Shown: positions 21,679-32,043 of the stretch, piece after piece
Layout: each line of letters begins with the position of its first letter
Position numbering within the stretch: the stretch's first letter is position 1
Assembly (NCBI GenBank): GCA_963702425.1
Contig: CAVPCQ010000006.1
Coordinates: forward strand, 256,001-320,000
Direction: 5' to 3'
DNA length: 64,000 bases
Origin: an uncultured Acidobacteriota bacterium
GTDB lineage: Bacteria; Acidobacteriota; Polarisedimenticolia; J045
The notes under the pieces: generated by a model
Told to the model about the DNA's origin: nothing
The model's input: the letters and a program-made list of their open reading frames with translations, nothing else
The model's database searches: none
Program-made: the position numbers and the translations under genes

Positions 21679-23418
21679 TTACGGGCAGACCGCGATCTCC
21701 GCATCCCGCTTGGCGCTGCCCCAGGTCCCGACGCCGGCCCCGACCCGGGCCCGGACCAGGTAGTAGGCGCCGTCGCCCGCGGCCGGGTTGGGGGAGAAGT
21801 CGCCGTAGGTGGTCGCCGGCTGGTTGCACGACGGACCGGTCACGCCGGAGAAGTTCTTCGCCGAGCGCAGTACCGAGAGCACGCCGCGCGCGACGTCGTA
21901 GCCGGTGGCGTCGGGCGTCACGGCCCAGCGCAGCGTGCTCTTGTTGCTCGCCGGCAGGTCGAAACGGAGGTAGGTCACGTCGTTGATCGCGCCGGCCTTC
22001 GTGAAGTAGGTGTAGAAGAGCTGCTTGGTTCCGACCGTCCGCAGTCGCGCATAGGCGACGAGCGTGTCGTTCGAGGCGCTCCCCGCGACGACGGGAACGC
22101 CCTCGTTACGCCCCGCGATCGGGCGGCGCACCGGCTGCGGCTGCGAATACGTCGCGCCGGAGTCGTTCGAGACCGTGTAGTAGACCCGCCGCGCGTTGTA
22201 CGGTCCGTCGCGCAGCACCCGCCGCAGGCGGCCGTTCGGGATCGCGGCTAGGTCCCACTGGTCGGTCCCCGGCAGCAGCGAGCGGTCCGGATGCGTCTCG
22301 TTCGTCGTCAACCGCAGGTCGGTGCCGAAACTCGTCCCGCCGTTGGTCGAGCGGTCGGCGTAGAAGTCGGAGAACGACCACTCGCCGAGCGTGTCGGGAT
22401 CGCTCTCGACCCAGCCGGTCTGATAGAGGTTCGCGGCCGACTCGACGATCAGGGCGGGCAGCGTGATCGCACGGTTGGCTGGCGGGTTGGTGGCGCGGAT
22501 CGAGACCGAACTGCCCCAGGCCCCGCCGTCATTCGTGCTCTTCGCAAAGCCCACACGCCCGGTGAGCGTGTTGCTGCGGTGCGTCAGCATGACGGCGCCG
22601 TTCGAGTCCGCGACGCCGATCGAGGGCTGGCAGTTGCCGCTCGCTTTGATGTCCGCGGGGCTGCCCCAGTTCACGCCGCGGTCGCTGCTGCGCCGCTGGC
22701 GGACCACGGAGCTGCCACAGTTGTTGGTCGCGTCGTCGAAGTTGGTGTCCCAGACGATCCAGACGAAGCCGTTGCGAGCGGCGAGCGAGGCGACGCGCGT
22801 CGGAGGGGCGGGGCTGGGGATCGGGGCGATCTCGGACGGAAGCGAGAAGGTCGTCCCGCCGTTGGTGCTGCGCGCGTACTGGACCGAGAGGTTCGGCCGG
22901 ACCCACATCACGTGGATCACCCCCGTGTCGTCCACCGCCATCGAGGCCGTCCATTTCCAGAAGACCGTGCTGTTGACCGGCGTGGTGGTCGTCGCCGCCC
23001 AGGTCCCGCCGCCGTCGGTGCTCTTCACGACCCACAGGTTGCGCGGAGCCGTCGCCGGGTCCACCGCGGCGGGATCGGCCGTCCCCACGAGCAGGTAGAG
23101 GTTCGTGCCCGAGGCGGCGATCGAGAGCGGGAACTTGTCGTAGTCCAGCGCCGGCTCGAGGCCCGGCAGTTCGACCTCGGGGCCGAAGGTCAGCGGCCCG
23201 CCCTCGTCGAAGTCGTCACAGACGTCGCCCAGACCGTCGCTGTCGTTGTCGGCCTGGTTGGCGTTGGCGGCGTAGACACAGTTGTCGCGCTCGTCGGGAA
23301 CCCCGTCGTTGTCGTAGTCACCGGGGGCGGCGAACGCGGGCGACGGGCAGAGCACAAGAGCGCACGCCACGAGGGCGCCCACGGCGATCGGAAACAGCGC
23401 GCGAAGAGACGAAGACAC
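21679..23418 (-). CDS. Secreted BNR/Asp-box (sialidase-like) beta-propeller with TSP3-like repeats and a Cys-ended C-terminal domain
   Basis: Signal peptide; DNDGVPDERDNC…DSDGLGDVCD; repeated SxDxGxTW/F boxes. Confidence 0.8.
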   Translation of the reverse strand: MSSSLRALFPIAVGALVACALVLCPSPAFAAPGDYDNDGVPDERDNCVYAANANQADNDSDGLGDVCDDFDEGGPLTFGPEVELPGLEPALDYDKFPLSIAASGTNLYLLVGTADPAAVDPATAPRNLWVVKSTDGGGTWAATTTTPVNSTVFWKWTASMAVDDTGVIHVMWVRPNLSVQYARSTNGGTTFSLPSEIAPIPSPAPPTRVASLAARNGFVWIVWDTNFDDATNNCGSSVVRQRRSSDRGVNWGSPADIKASGNCQPSIGVADSNGAVMLTHRSNTLTGRVGFAKSTNDGGAWGSSVSIRATNPPANRAITLPALIVESAANLYQTGWVESDPDTLGEWSFSDFYADRSTNGGTSFGTDLRLTTNETHPDRSLLPGTDQWDLAAIPNGRLRRVLRDGPYNARRVYYTVSNDSGATYSQPQPVRRPIAGRNEGVPVVAGSASNDTLVAYARLRTVGTKQLFYTYFTKAGAINDVTYLRFDLPASNKSTLRWAVTPDATGYDVARGVLSVLRSAKNFSGVTGPSCNQPATTYGDFSPNPAAGDGAYYLVRARVGAGVGTWGSAKRDAEIAVCP

Positions 23419-23566
23419 CGGACCTCCTACCCGGCCGGAACGCACCCCCCCGAGGGTGCCCGGCCGGCGTCCGTGCCCTTGGTGTACCGCGAATCCGCGA
23501 ATCCGCAAGGCGCCGGGCCGATTCGGGCATCCGCCGGCGTTCGCAGCCCGCGCTAGACTGCCCCCG

Positions 23567-24706
23567 ATGTCCGAACGGCAGAGCGGCCCTTCCCTGGAGA
23601 GTGCCCTCCGCGCGCTGGGCGCGGTGCGCGCAGATCTCGCCCTCCCCGATCCGGCCGAGCCCGGCGCCGTCCGCTGCGTCGCCTGCGCCCACCGCTGCCT
23701 CTTGCGGCCCGGGCGCGCCGGGATCTGCAAGGTCCGCTTCCACACCGAGGGCGCGTTGCTCGTGCCGTGGGGCTACACCGCCGGCGGCCTGTCCCCCGAC
23801 CCGATCGAGAAGAAGCCCTTCTTCCACGTGCGGCCGGGGTCGATCGCGCTCTCCTTCGGGATGCTCGGCTGCGACATGCACTGCAGCTACTGCCAGAACT
23901 GGTACACCTCGCAGGCGCTGCGCGACCCCTACGCCGGCGTGCCGGTCGCGCCCGCGGAGCCGGAGGCGATCGTCGAGACCGCGCGGCGGACCGGGGCGAC
24001 GGCGGTCGTCAGCACCTACAACGAACCGCTCATCACGGCCGAGTGGGCGGCTTCGGTCTTCGACGCCTGCCGCGCCGCCGGCCTGCTCACCGGCTTCGTC
24101 AGCAACGGCAACGCGACGCCCGAGGTGCTCGACTACCTCGCACCGCGCCTCGACCTCTTCAAGGTGGACCTCAAGTGCTTCGACGATCGCGCCTACCGCC
24201 GGCTCGGGGCGGTGCTGGCCAACGTCTGCGCGACGATCGAGGGCGCCGTCGCGCGCGGCCTGTGGGTCGAGGTCGTCACGCTGCTCGTCCCCGGCTTCAA
24301 CGACGACCCGGGCCAGCTCGCCGCGCTGACCCGTTTTCTGGCGCACATCTCCCCCGACATCCCCTGGCACGTGACCGCGTTCCGGCCGACCTACCGGTTG
24401 CAGGATCGCGGTGCGACCTCGCCGGACGACCTGGCCCGGGCCGTGGCGATCGGGCGCGAGGCCGGCCTGCGCTATGTCTACGCCGGAAACGTGCCGGGAC
24501 TGGCCGACGAGTCGACGCATTGCCCGGGCTGCGGGGCGCTGCTGATCGAGCGCCGGGGCTTCTCCGTGCGCGGCGTCGCGCTGGCCGACGACGGCCGCTG
24601 TCCGCGCTGCGCGTGGCCGGTCCCCGGGATCTGGCCGCAAGGGCGCGTCGCGCTGTCACGCGAGCGGAGCGGTTCTGGCCGAAACGGAATGTCACATCGA
24701 GGCTAG
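23567..24706 (+). CDS. amrS: AmmeMemoRadiSam system radical SAM enzyme
   Basis: CxxCAHRC…GICKVR, DPIEKKP, GCDMHCSYCQNW, TYNEP, YVYAGN, C-terminal CPGC/CPRC. Confidence 0.88.
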   Translation: MSERQSGPSLESALRALGAVRADLALPDPAEPGAVRCVACAHRCLLRPGRAGICKVRFHTEGALLVPWGYTAGGLSPDPIEKKPFFHVRPGSIALSFGMLGCDMHCSYCQNWYTSQALRDPYAGVPVAPAEPEAIVETARRTGATAVVSTYNEPLITAEWAASVFDACRAAGLLTGFVSNGNATPEVLDYLAPRLDLFKVDLKCFDDRAYRRLGAVLANVCATIEGAVARGLWVEVVTLLVPGFNDDPGQLAALTRFLAHISPDIPWHVTAFRPTYRLQDRGATSPDDLARAVAIGREAGLRYVYAGNVPGLADESTHCPGCGALLIERRGFSVRGVALADDGRCPRCAWPVPGIWPQGRVALSRERSGSGRNGMSHRG

Positions 24707-25686
24707 TTCGGCACGAACTCGCCGAACCCCTGGGCCTCGAACTCGCGCAGCAGCGCGTCGCGTGCCGGCACGCCCGGGGCGTCACCCCAGAGCGAGGCCC
24801 AGCGGACGCATCTCTTGAGGCGGTAGCGCTGCACGCTGTCGGGCCCCTTCGGACCGACGCTCGCCTCGGTGTCCTCGCAGAGCCAGGCCCAGCGCTCGGG
24901 ATTGCCCCCCTGCTTCTCGCGCGAGGAGAGCACCGCGCCGTCGCGCTCGACGCTCCAGGCCAGGGCCGGCCGTGGGAGCCCGAGCCAGTCCTCCGCGTAC
25001 TCGACCTTCACCGCGAGCGGCGGGCCGGGCGGAACCTCGATTGCGATCGGCTCCGCGGCGACGCGCGTGTCGAACGTCCACACGCCGTCGTCTTCGTGGG
25101 GGCGCTCGCGGAGCGCCCAGATCACGGACGTCCCCGGCGGAAGCGGACGCTCGAAGGTGACCGTCGCGCGCCGGTCGTTCGCGCGGCTCCCGGGGATGCG
25201 CAGCAACAACCGACCGTCCAGGTAGAGCGCGAGGTCGGGAGGCTTTTCGTCCACCTCCGAGGCCACTCGATAGGAGACGGTCCAGCGCACGGAAACCGGG
25301 ACGGTCGGGTCGGCGACCGGAGCGGCGGCCGGCGGCGCCGGCACCACCGCGGGGGCCACCGTGGGGGCCACCGCCGGCGCGGCTGCCGCCGGGGGCGGCA
25401 CGCCACCGAGCGCAATCAACTCGGAGACCACGCGCTGTGGAACCTTCGCCCGGCTCAGGCCGATCAGATCATCGGGAGACAGGGGCGCGACCGCGGGGCG
25501 CGTCTTCTGCAGCCACTCGACGATCGCATCCTCGGAGACGCCCGCACCCGTCATCCGCAGCACGTCCGCCAGAACCGGGTCGCGGGGAACGTACGGGGCC
25601 GGCCCCGGCGCTTCTTCCGCCCGGTGCGCGGCGACGCCGCCGAAGAACAGACATACCAACAGGACCGACCGCGCCGCCCTTATCAT
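24703..25686 (-). CDS. Secreted hypothetical protein with Pro/Ala linker
   Basis: Signal peptide MIRAARSVLLVC…; DVLRMTGAGVSEDAIV small helical domain. Confidence 0.6.
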   Translation of the reverse strand: MIRAARSVLLVCLFFGGVAAHRAEEAPGPAPYVPRDPVLADVLRMTGAGVSEDAIVEWLQKTRPAVAPLSPDDLIGLSRAKVPQRVVSELIALGGVPPPAAAAPAVAPTVAPAVVPAPPAAAPVADPTVPVSVRWTVSYRVASEVDEKPPDLALYLDGRLLLRIPGSRANDRRATVTFERPLPPGTSVIWALRERPHEDDGVWTFDTRVAAEPIAIEVPPGPPLAVKVEYAEDWLGLPRPALAWSVERDGAVLSSREKQGGNPERWAWLCEDTEASVGPKGPDSVQRYRLKRCVRWASLWGDAPGVPARDALLREFEAQGFGEFVPN

Positions 25687-25706
25687 CGCAACTCCTGCCG
25701 CGGCGC

Positions 25707-26408
25707 TCACCGCTGGCCGCCGCCGCTCAGCCCCCGGACCGCCTCGCGCACGAGAACCGGCAGCGCGCCCGCCACCTCCCCGGCCGAGGCGGCCGGGAAG
25801 CTCGCGCGCCGCTGGGCCACGACGCGCTGCGAGCCGAGGTCGACGGCCAGCAGGTCGAGCGTCAGCGTGCCGTCCAATCCTCCGGTCTGCGGGACGACGT
25901 AGTCCGGCCTCCCCTCGGGCAGGCTCGGCAGGTGATCCGGCGGCAGCGGGAGGAAGCCATCCTCGCGCGGCGACACGCCCGCGCGGGTCAGCACCGGGAG
26001 GATCGCAGACTGCGCTCCGCGCAGCGCGGGATCGTTGGCCGCCGCGCCGAGGGGCAGCTCGGTCCCGGCCCGGTAGCGGCCGTTCCCCTTGCCGCGCTGC
26101 CGCTGCCAGGCCGCGAGCAGCGTGGCGCGCAGCGGGTCGAGGGCCTGGTCGGCAGCGCGGTCGCTGACCGACACCCCCGCCCCCTCGAGCGCCGTCCGCA
26201 GCTCGTACTGCAGCAGTTGCCCGATCTCCGCGTCGTCGATCGCGCTGTCGGGCGCGGCGGCCCGCACCTCCGGGGCGAGCAGAAGCGTCTGCCCCGGCAG
26301 CGCGCGCGGCGTGTCCAGGATCGGCGCGCCGCCGCCGGCGCAGCCGGCGAGGACCAGCAGCCCCGCCGCCAGCCCCGCGGGCCCCTTGGCCTCCCTCCAA
26401 CCTCGCAT
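25707..26408 (-). CDS. Putative lipoprotein
   Basis: Lipobox LLVLAGC. Confidence 0.6.
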   Translation of the reverse strand: MRGWREAKGPAGLAAGLLVLAGCAGGGAPILDTPRALPGQTLLLAPEVRAAAPDSAIDDAEIGQLLQYELRTALEGAGVSVSDRAADQALDPLRATLLAAWQRQRGKGNGRYRAGTELPLGAAANDPALRGAQSAILPVLTRAGVSPREDGFLPLPPDHLPSLPEGRPDYVVPQTGGLDGTLTLDLLAVDLGSQRVVAQRRASFPAASAGEVAGALPVLVREAVRGLSGGGQR

Positions 26409-26526
26409 CGCCACCCTGGCCTCGCTTTCGCCGGCTCCGCCGCGGAGCGCCGGGGCCCGCCCCGTGCGGGCCTGTCCCCCCGCGCGAGTATAGAATCCGC
26501 GTCCCCCCCTTGGGAGGTTCACCCGC

Positions 26527-28050
26527 ATGGACACGCGTACGATTCTCGAGCGCCTCGGCCTGTCCGGCGAGGTCCTCGACGGCCTCGGCGGCGGACGCGA
26601 TCGCGAGGCCGCCGCCGGCCCGCTCACCACCTCGGTCAACCCCGCGACCGGCGAGACGATCGCCACGATCCGTACGGCGACGGCCGAGCAGGTCGAGCGG
26701 GCGATCGGCCGCGCCCACGAGACCTTCCTCGGCTGGCGCACCGTTCCCGCGCCGCGCCGCGGCGAACTGGTGCGCGAACTCGGCAACGCGCTGCGCGAGA
26801 AGAAGGAAGAGCTCGGCGCGCTGGTCTCGCTGGAGATGGGCAAGATCATCATCGAGGGCCGCGGCGAAGTGCAGGAGATGATCGACATCTGCGACTTCTC
26901 GGTCGGCCTGTCGCGCCAGCTCTACGGCCTGACGATGGCCAGCGAGCGGCCCGGTCACCACCTGCGCGAGATGTGGCACCCGCTCGGCGTCGTGGGGATC
27001 GTCAGCGCGTTCAACTTCCCGGTCGCGGTCTGGAGCTGGAACTCCGCGATCGCCGCCGTCTGCGGCGACACGATGGTCTGGAAGCCCGCCTCCGACACGC
27101 CGCTGACGGCGATCGCGGTGCAGCGGATCTGCGACGAGGTGATGGCGAAGCACGACGCGTGGGGCGTGTTCAACCTCGTGATCGGTCCGGGCCGCTCGGT
27201 CGGCGAAACGCTGGTCAAGGACCCGCGGATCCCGCTGATCTCCGCCACCGGGTCGTGCACGATGGGGCGCCGCATCGCGTCCGTCGTCAACGACCGCTTC
27301 GGCCGGATGATCCTCGAACTCGGCGGGAACAACGCCCTGGCGGTGATGGACGACGCGGACCTGGACCTGGCCGTGCGGGCCGTGCTCTTCGGGGCCGTTG
27401 GAACCGCCGGGCAGCGCTGCACGACGACGCGGCGCCTGCTGCTCCAGAAAGGGATCGCCAAGCCCTTCCTCGAGCGGCTGGTCAAGGCCTACAAGCAGGT
27501 GCGGATCGGCGATCCGCTCGACCCCTCGACCGTGATGGGGCCGCTGGTCAACGCCCAGGCGATCGACGACATGATGGCGGCGCTCGAGGTGGTGCGGAAG
27601 CAGAACGGCGAGATCCTCACCGGCGGCCACCGGCTCGACCGGCCGGGCTTCTTCGTCGAGCCGACGATCGTCCGGGCACGGGCCGACATGCCGATCGTCG
27701 CCGAGGAGACCTTCGCCCCGATCCTCTACGCGATCGAGGTGGCCGACGTCGACGAGGCGATCCGGGTCAACAACATGGTCCCGCAGGGGCTCTCGTCGGC
27801 GATCTTCACCAACAGCCTGCGCGACGCCGAGAAGTGGACCTCGGCCGCCGGCAGCGACTGCGGGATCGCCAACGTCAACGCCGGCACCTCGGGCGCCGAG
27901 ATCGGCGGGGCATTCGGCGGTGAGAAGGAGACGGGCGGCGGCCGCGAGGCCGGGTCGGACTCCTGGAAGGCCTACATGCGCCGCCAGACCTGCACGATCA
28001 ACTACGGGCGCGACCTGCCCCTGTCGCAGGGGATCCACTTCGGGGACTGA
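26527..28050 (+). CDS. Aldehyde dehydrogenase family 7 (antiquitin / piperideine-6-carboxylate dehydrogenase-like)
   Basis: GEVQEMIDICDF, SAFNFPVAVW, LELGGNN, GTAGQRCTT, SGAEIGGAFGGEKETGGGRE. Confidence 0.92.
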   Translation: MDTRTILERLGLSGEVLDGLGGGRDREAAAGPLTTSVNPATGETIATIRTATAEQVERAIGRAHETFLGWRTVPAPRRGELVRELGNALREKKEELGALVSLEMGKIIIEGRGEVQEMIDICDFSVGLSRQLYGLTMASERPGHHLREMWHPLGVVGIVSAFNFPVAVWSWNSAIAAVCGDTMVWKPASDTPLTAIAVQRICDEVMAKHDAWGVFNLVIGPGRSVGETLVKDPRIPLISATGSCTMGRRIASVVNDRFGRMILELGGNNALAVMDDADLDLAVRAVLFGAVGTAGQRCTTTRRLLLQKGIAKPFLERLVKAYKQVRIGDPLDPSTVMGPLVNAQAIDDMMAALEVVRKQNGEILTGGHRLDRPGFFVEPTIVRARADMPIVAEETFAPILYAIEVADVDEAIRVNNMVPQGLSSAIFTNSLRDAEKWTSAAGSDCGIANVNAGTSGAEIGGAFGGEKETGGGREAGSDSWKAYMRRQTCTINYGRDLPLSQGIHFGD

Positions 28051-28073
28051 GGGGGGCGGAGCCCGGCGGGCGG

Positions 28074-28096
28074 GGGCGGGACGGTCCGTCCCGCCC
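28074..28096 (+). terminator. GC hairpin after ALDH
   Basis: GGGCGGGACG-GTC-CGTCCCGCCC perfect 10-bp stem, no U-tract. Confidence 0.35.
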
Positions 28097-28273
28097 TGGC
28101 GGCTCCCGGCCCTGGGACGCGGGTGCCCGCCCGAAGGGGGGTTGGCGGGCGAACGCCTCCGGAAACTAGGTTAGGATGGTAGGACGTGGTGCCCACGCGT
28201 GGGGCATCGCCGCGGCGTCCGGGGGGACCGGACTCCGCAGAGGCCGCGTAGACTGGAGGCAAGACCGCCCCGG

Positions 28274-28852
28274 ATGAGCCCAGAGCATCAGGAACGTCAC
28301 GATCTTCCGCAGGTTCGGATCAACGAACGGATTCACTTCTCTCCCGTCCGCCTGATCGACGAGGAAGGTGGCCAGGTCGGCATCGTCCCCGTCGAAGACG
28401 CGCTGCGCATGGCGCAGGAGCGCGGACTGGACCTCGTCGAGGTCGCTCCCGACGCCCGGCCGGTCGTCTGCCGCATCATGGACTTCGGTCGCTTCCGGTT
28501 CGAGCAGCAGAAGAAGGCGCGGGCGGCGAGCAAGAAGCAGCACACCGTCGAGATCAAGCAGATCAAGTACCGTCCGGCGATCGACGACCACGACTTCGAG
28601 ACCAAGACGAAGAAGGTCCGCGATTTCCTCTCCGAGGGTCACAAGGTCCGCGTCACCGTGATGTTCCGCCGCCGCGACATGCGCCGGCCGGAGAACGGCC
28701 AGCGCGTGCTGCAGCAGGTGATCGACACGGTGCAGGACGTCGGCCAGGTCGAGGACCGCTCGCGGATGGACACCGGCCGCGACCTCTCCGTCACGATCGC
28801 GCCCGCCAGAAAGGCGGAAGCTCCCGCCAAGGGAAGCGAGGCCCGCGCGTAG
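28274..28852 (+). CDS. infC: Translation initiation factor IF-3
   Basis: RINERI, VRLIDEEG, LDLVEVAPDARPVVCRIMDFG, RPAIDDHDFETK; exact start uncertain. Confidence 0.93.
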   Translation: MSPEHQERHDLPQVRINERIHFSPVRLIDEEGGQVGIVPVEDALRMAQERGLDLVEVAPDARPVVCRIMDFGRFRFEQQKKARAASKKQHTVEIKQIKYRPAIDDHDFETKTKKVRDFLSEGHKVRVTVMFRRRDMRRPENGQRVLQQVIDTVQDVGQVEDRSRMDTGRDLSVTIAPARKAEAPAKGSEARA

Positions 28853-28871
28853 CCGCGGAGACCCGGCCGCC

Positions 28872-30564
28872 TCAGCGACTGGGAGATCCCGCGGCCTGCG
28901 CCACCATGCGCGCCGCCTCCGTGCCCGCGGCGCGGAAGCGGTCGAGTTCTGCCCGATCGAGCCTTGCCAGCAGCGTCACGGCACCCGCGGTGTCCCCGGA
29001 GATGCGCTGCACCCAGGCCGAGACGAGCGTCCAGGCCGGGCTCCGTTGCGCTTCGGGGATTCGCTGCAGCAGGCTCCGCGCGGCGACGAACTGCCCGGCG
29101 CCGGCGGCGCGGGACGCGGCCCGCAGGTCGGCCACCGCGGCAAGGTGCGCCAGCCCATCGATCTCCGCGAGCAGGGCCTTCAGTGAACGCGCGTCAGGTT
29201 CGGCCCGGCAAGCCCGCTCGTCGGGACCGGTTGCGTCCGAGCACCCGGCGCGCCGCGTCGAGGTCCTCGGGATCGCGCTCGACCAGCGGACGGCAGGCGG
29301 CCCGGTGCAGGTCGACGAAGAGCCGGCGCTGGAAGTTCGCCCGCGCCGTGTCCCCGTCGAGGGCGCGGGCCTCGCGCGCCAGGACCGCGGCGTCGTCTCC
29401 GGTGACGGCCGCGACCTCGCGCGCCAGTCCGGCCAGCGACGCGTTGGCTCCGGGCGCTGGCTCCGGCGTTGCCTCTTTCGCGGCGGCGGGCGCCGCACGG
29501 CCCCGTTTGCCCTTAGGGCCGGCGTCGGACGCCACCATGCGGGCGTCGTTCGCGACCGCCGGGACGACCGGGGCGGGTGGCTCGAGGACCGCGGCGAGGC
29601 GCGCCATCGCGTCGATCGCGGAGGTGCTCGCACCGAACTGGCGTCCGCCCGCGTCGGCCCGCGCCATCGCACCGAGTTCGCGCGCGAGCCGGTCGGCTGC
29701 GCCCGGGTCGGCGACCGGCTTCCCGCGGCGCGCACGCTCGCCCGGCAAGCGGCGTCCGAGGCAGTCGAGCGCCAGCGGCGCGGCCTCGCGCACGAGGTAG
29801 CCTCGCCACTGGTCTTCGAGCAGTTCCCCGCGCAGCAGCTCGCCGCCGCAGTTCTGCGGTACGCCGCCGACGGGGCCCCAGGCCTGGACGACGACGCGCC
29901 GGAGCTCGGCGAGCGCGGGCTGCGACGCGATCCAGCGCTGGCGCTGCGCGTAGCGCTGCAGCGCGCCGCGCTGGCCCGCGAGCCGCGCGGGATCGGCCGC
30001 CGCGACGCCGGCCGAGCGCGCCGCGGCAATCAGCGCGCGGGATTCGCGGTCGGCCGCGCCACCGAGGATCGGACCCGCGTCGACGTCGGGAACACGCGCC
30101 GCGAGGGCCAGTGCCGCGCGTCCCGCGTCGAGGTCAGACTGCCGTCGATCGGCCTCCCAGCGGGCGAGTTCGTCGGCTGCCAGGCCGCAGGTGCCGCCCG
30201 CCGCCAGTCGGTCGGCCGCGCGGACCAGCCGCGCCACCGCCTGCACGCGCTCGACCTCGCTCGCCGCCGGCCAGGCCTGCACCAGCGCCCCCCGAGCCGC
30301 CAGCCAGGCGCACCGGAGATCGTCGTCGCAGTCGCCGATCCGCTCCGCGCGCTCGCGGCATCGCCCCGGCAACTTGGCCACAGCGGCGACCGCCTCCGCC
30401 GCAGCGGGCGCGCCGTCGAGCACCGCGCCCAGGTCGATCGCCCGCAGCGGCGTCGCCGCCTCGCGGTCCGCGGTCGCCTTGCCAGAGAGGGAGATGGCCC
30501 GGGCCGAGGCGCCCGCGAGGAGCGTCAGCACGGCCACCAGCAGGATTCGGGAACGGCTGCTCAT
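28872..30564 (-). CDS. Secreted Ala-rich helical/TPR hypothetical protein (frameshift near 29230)
   Basis: Signal peptide MSSRSRILLVAVL; C-terminal TPR-like segment in adjacent frame. Confidence 0.5.
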
Positions 30565-31983
30565 CGGGCCTCCCGCGGCTTCGCCGCGTCGGCGGCGACC
30601 AGCTGCTCGACCGCGCGCGCCGCGTCGTCCGCCCCGAGCCGGACGCCGGCGCGGTAGCTGGCGGCGGCGCGGTCGAGCGCCACGATCGTGCTTTTCAGGC
30701 GCGTCGCGAGCGCCGGGTCGTCCTGCCTTTGGGCGACCTCTTCGAGCTCCGCCAGCGCACCACGCGCGAGCTGGTCGGCTTCCTGCGGCACGCCCCCCTG
30801 CGCCGCAGCGTCGCGCTTCTGGGCCACGAGGCGATCACGCTCCTGCTGCACCATGCGGCCGAGGTGATTCCCGATCAGCGCCTCGATCCACGCGCCGCGC
30901 CGGCCGCTTTCGCGCTGCTCCGCCAGCCAGACGGCGGCGCCGCGCTCGCCGTCGCGCGCGGCGCGCATCATTGCTTCCGTCCGAGCCTTGCCTTCTTCCG
31001 GCGACGGCCGCAGCGCACCGAGGACGAGCATCACGACCAGTCCGAGCGCGGCCACGCCCGCGCCCCCCGCCGCGAGCATGCGCCACGACGGGAGCTTCCC
31101 TCCCCCGACCATCTGCCGCGCCTGCTTGCGGGCCTGGCGCATCAGGGGACCGGCTTCCTCCTCCGAGGCCCCGAGCCGGATCGCTTCGCGGCAGGCCGCG
31201 ACCGCACCGAGCGGGTCCCCGGCCTGGAGCATCGCGGCCGCCTGGTCCAGGTGGGTGACGACCTTGCGCTCGAGGCGCGATGAGCGCGTCGGCCGCCCGC
31301 CGTGCGTCCTGGTGCTCCGCCGAGCCCCCGCTCGCACTCCACTGCGCGAGGGCCTGGCGCAGGCCGGGCAGGTGGTCGGCCCGAGTCGCCGCGCGCAGCG
31401 CCGCCGCCTCGGGGCTCTGGTCGACCACGAGCGGCCCGGTCAGAGAGGGCTCGTCGGGTCCCCGCTCCCGCACCCCCGCCGCCGACGCCAGCGCCGCCAG
31501 CGCCGCCTGGTCCTCGCTGACCCGGTCCCGGGTGTCCTCGCCGATCAGTCCCCAGCCGGCGACCGCGACCCCTTCGGCGCCGCAAACCACGCGATCGGCC
31601 GCGAGCTGGCCGTGGACCCAGCCGTGCTGGTGGGCCTGGCCAACACGCTTCTTCAGCTCAGCCAGGGCACCGAGCGCGGCGCCGCCCCCCTGGGCGATCC
31701 GCTCCGACAGCCGCTCGCCGTCCGGCACCTCGTCCAGCACGACCCGGCCGAAGGCCGGGTCCCTCAGGACGCGGCGCACGGTCCCCCAGAGCGCTTCCTG
31801 GTCGACGTCGAGGGCCGGGGCCGGGGCCGACTCCGGGAGGAAGAAGACGATCGCGACGCCGCGGCCGGCCCCCTGGGCCAGGGCCGCGGGGATCCCGCCG
31901 AGTGTCTCCAGCACACCCACCAGCGTCCAGTTTCCCGCGATGGTCGCGCCGGGTGCGAGTTCGAGGGTTGTCTCCGTCGGCAC
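30561..31983 (-). CDS. Membrane protein with degenerate Ser/Thr kinase-like N-terminus (frameshift near 31278)
   Basis: EVPDGERLSERI, AHQHGWVHGQL, AGWGL resemble decayed kinase subdomains; TM segment in second frame. Confidence 0.5.
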
Positions 31984-32043
31984 ACGAACCTCCCACGGCC
32001 AAGCCGCTGCCGGGGCGGAATATAGGTTTCCGGGGGGCTCGGG

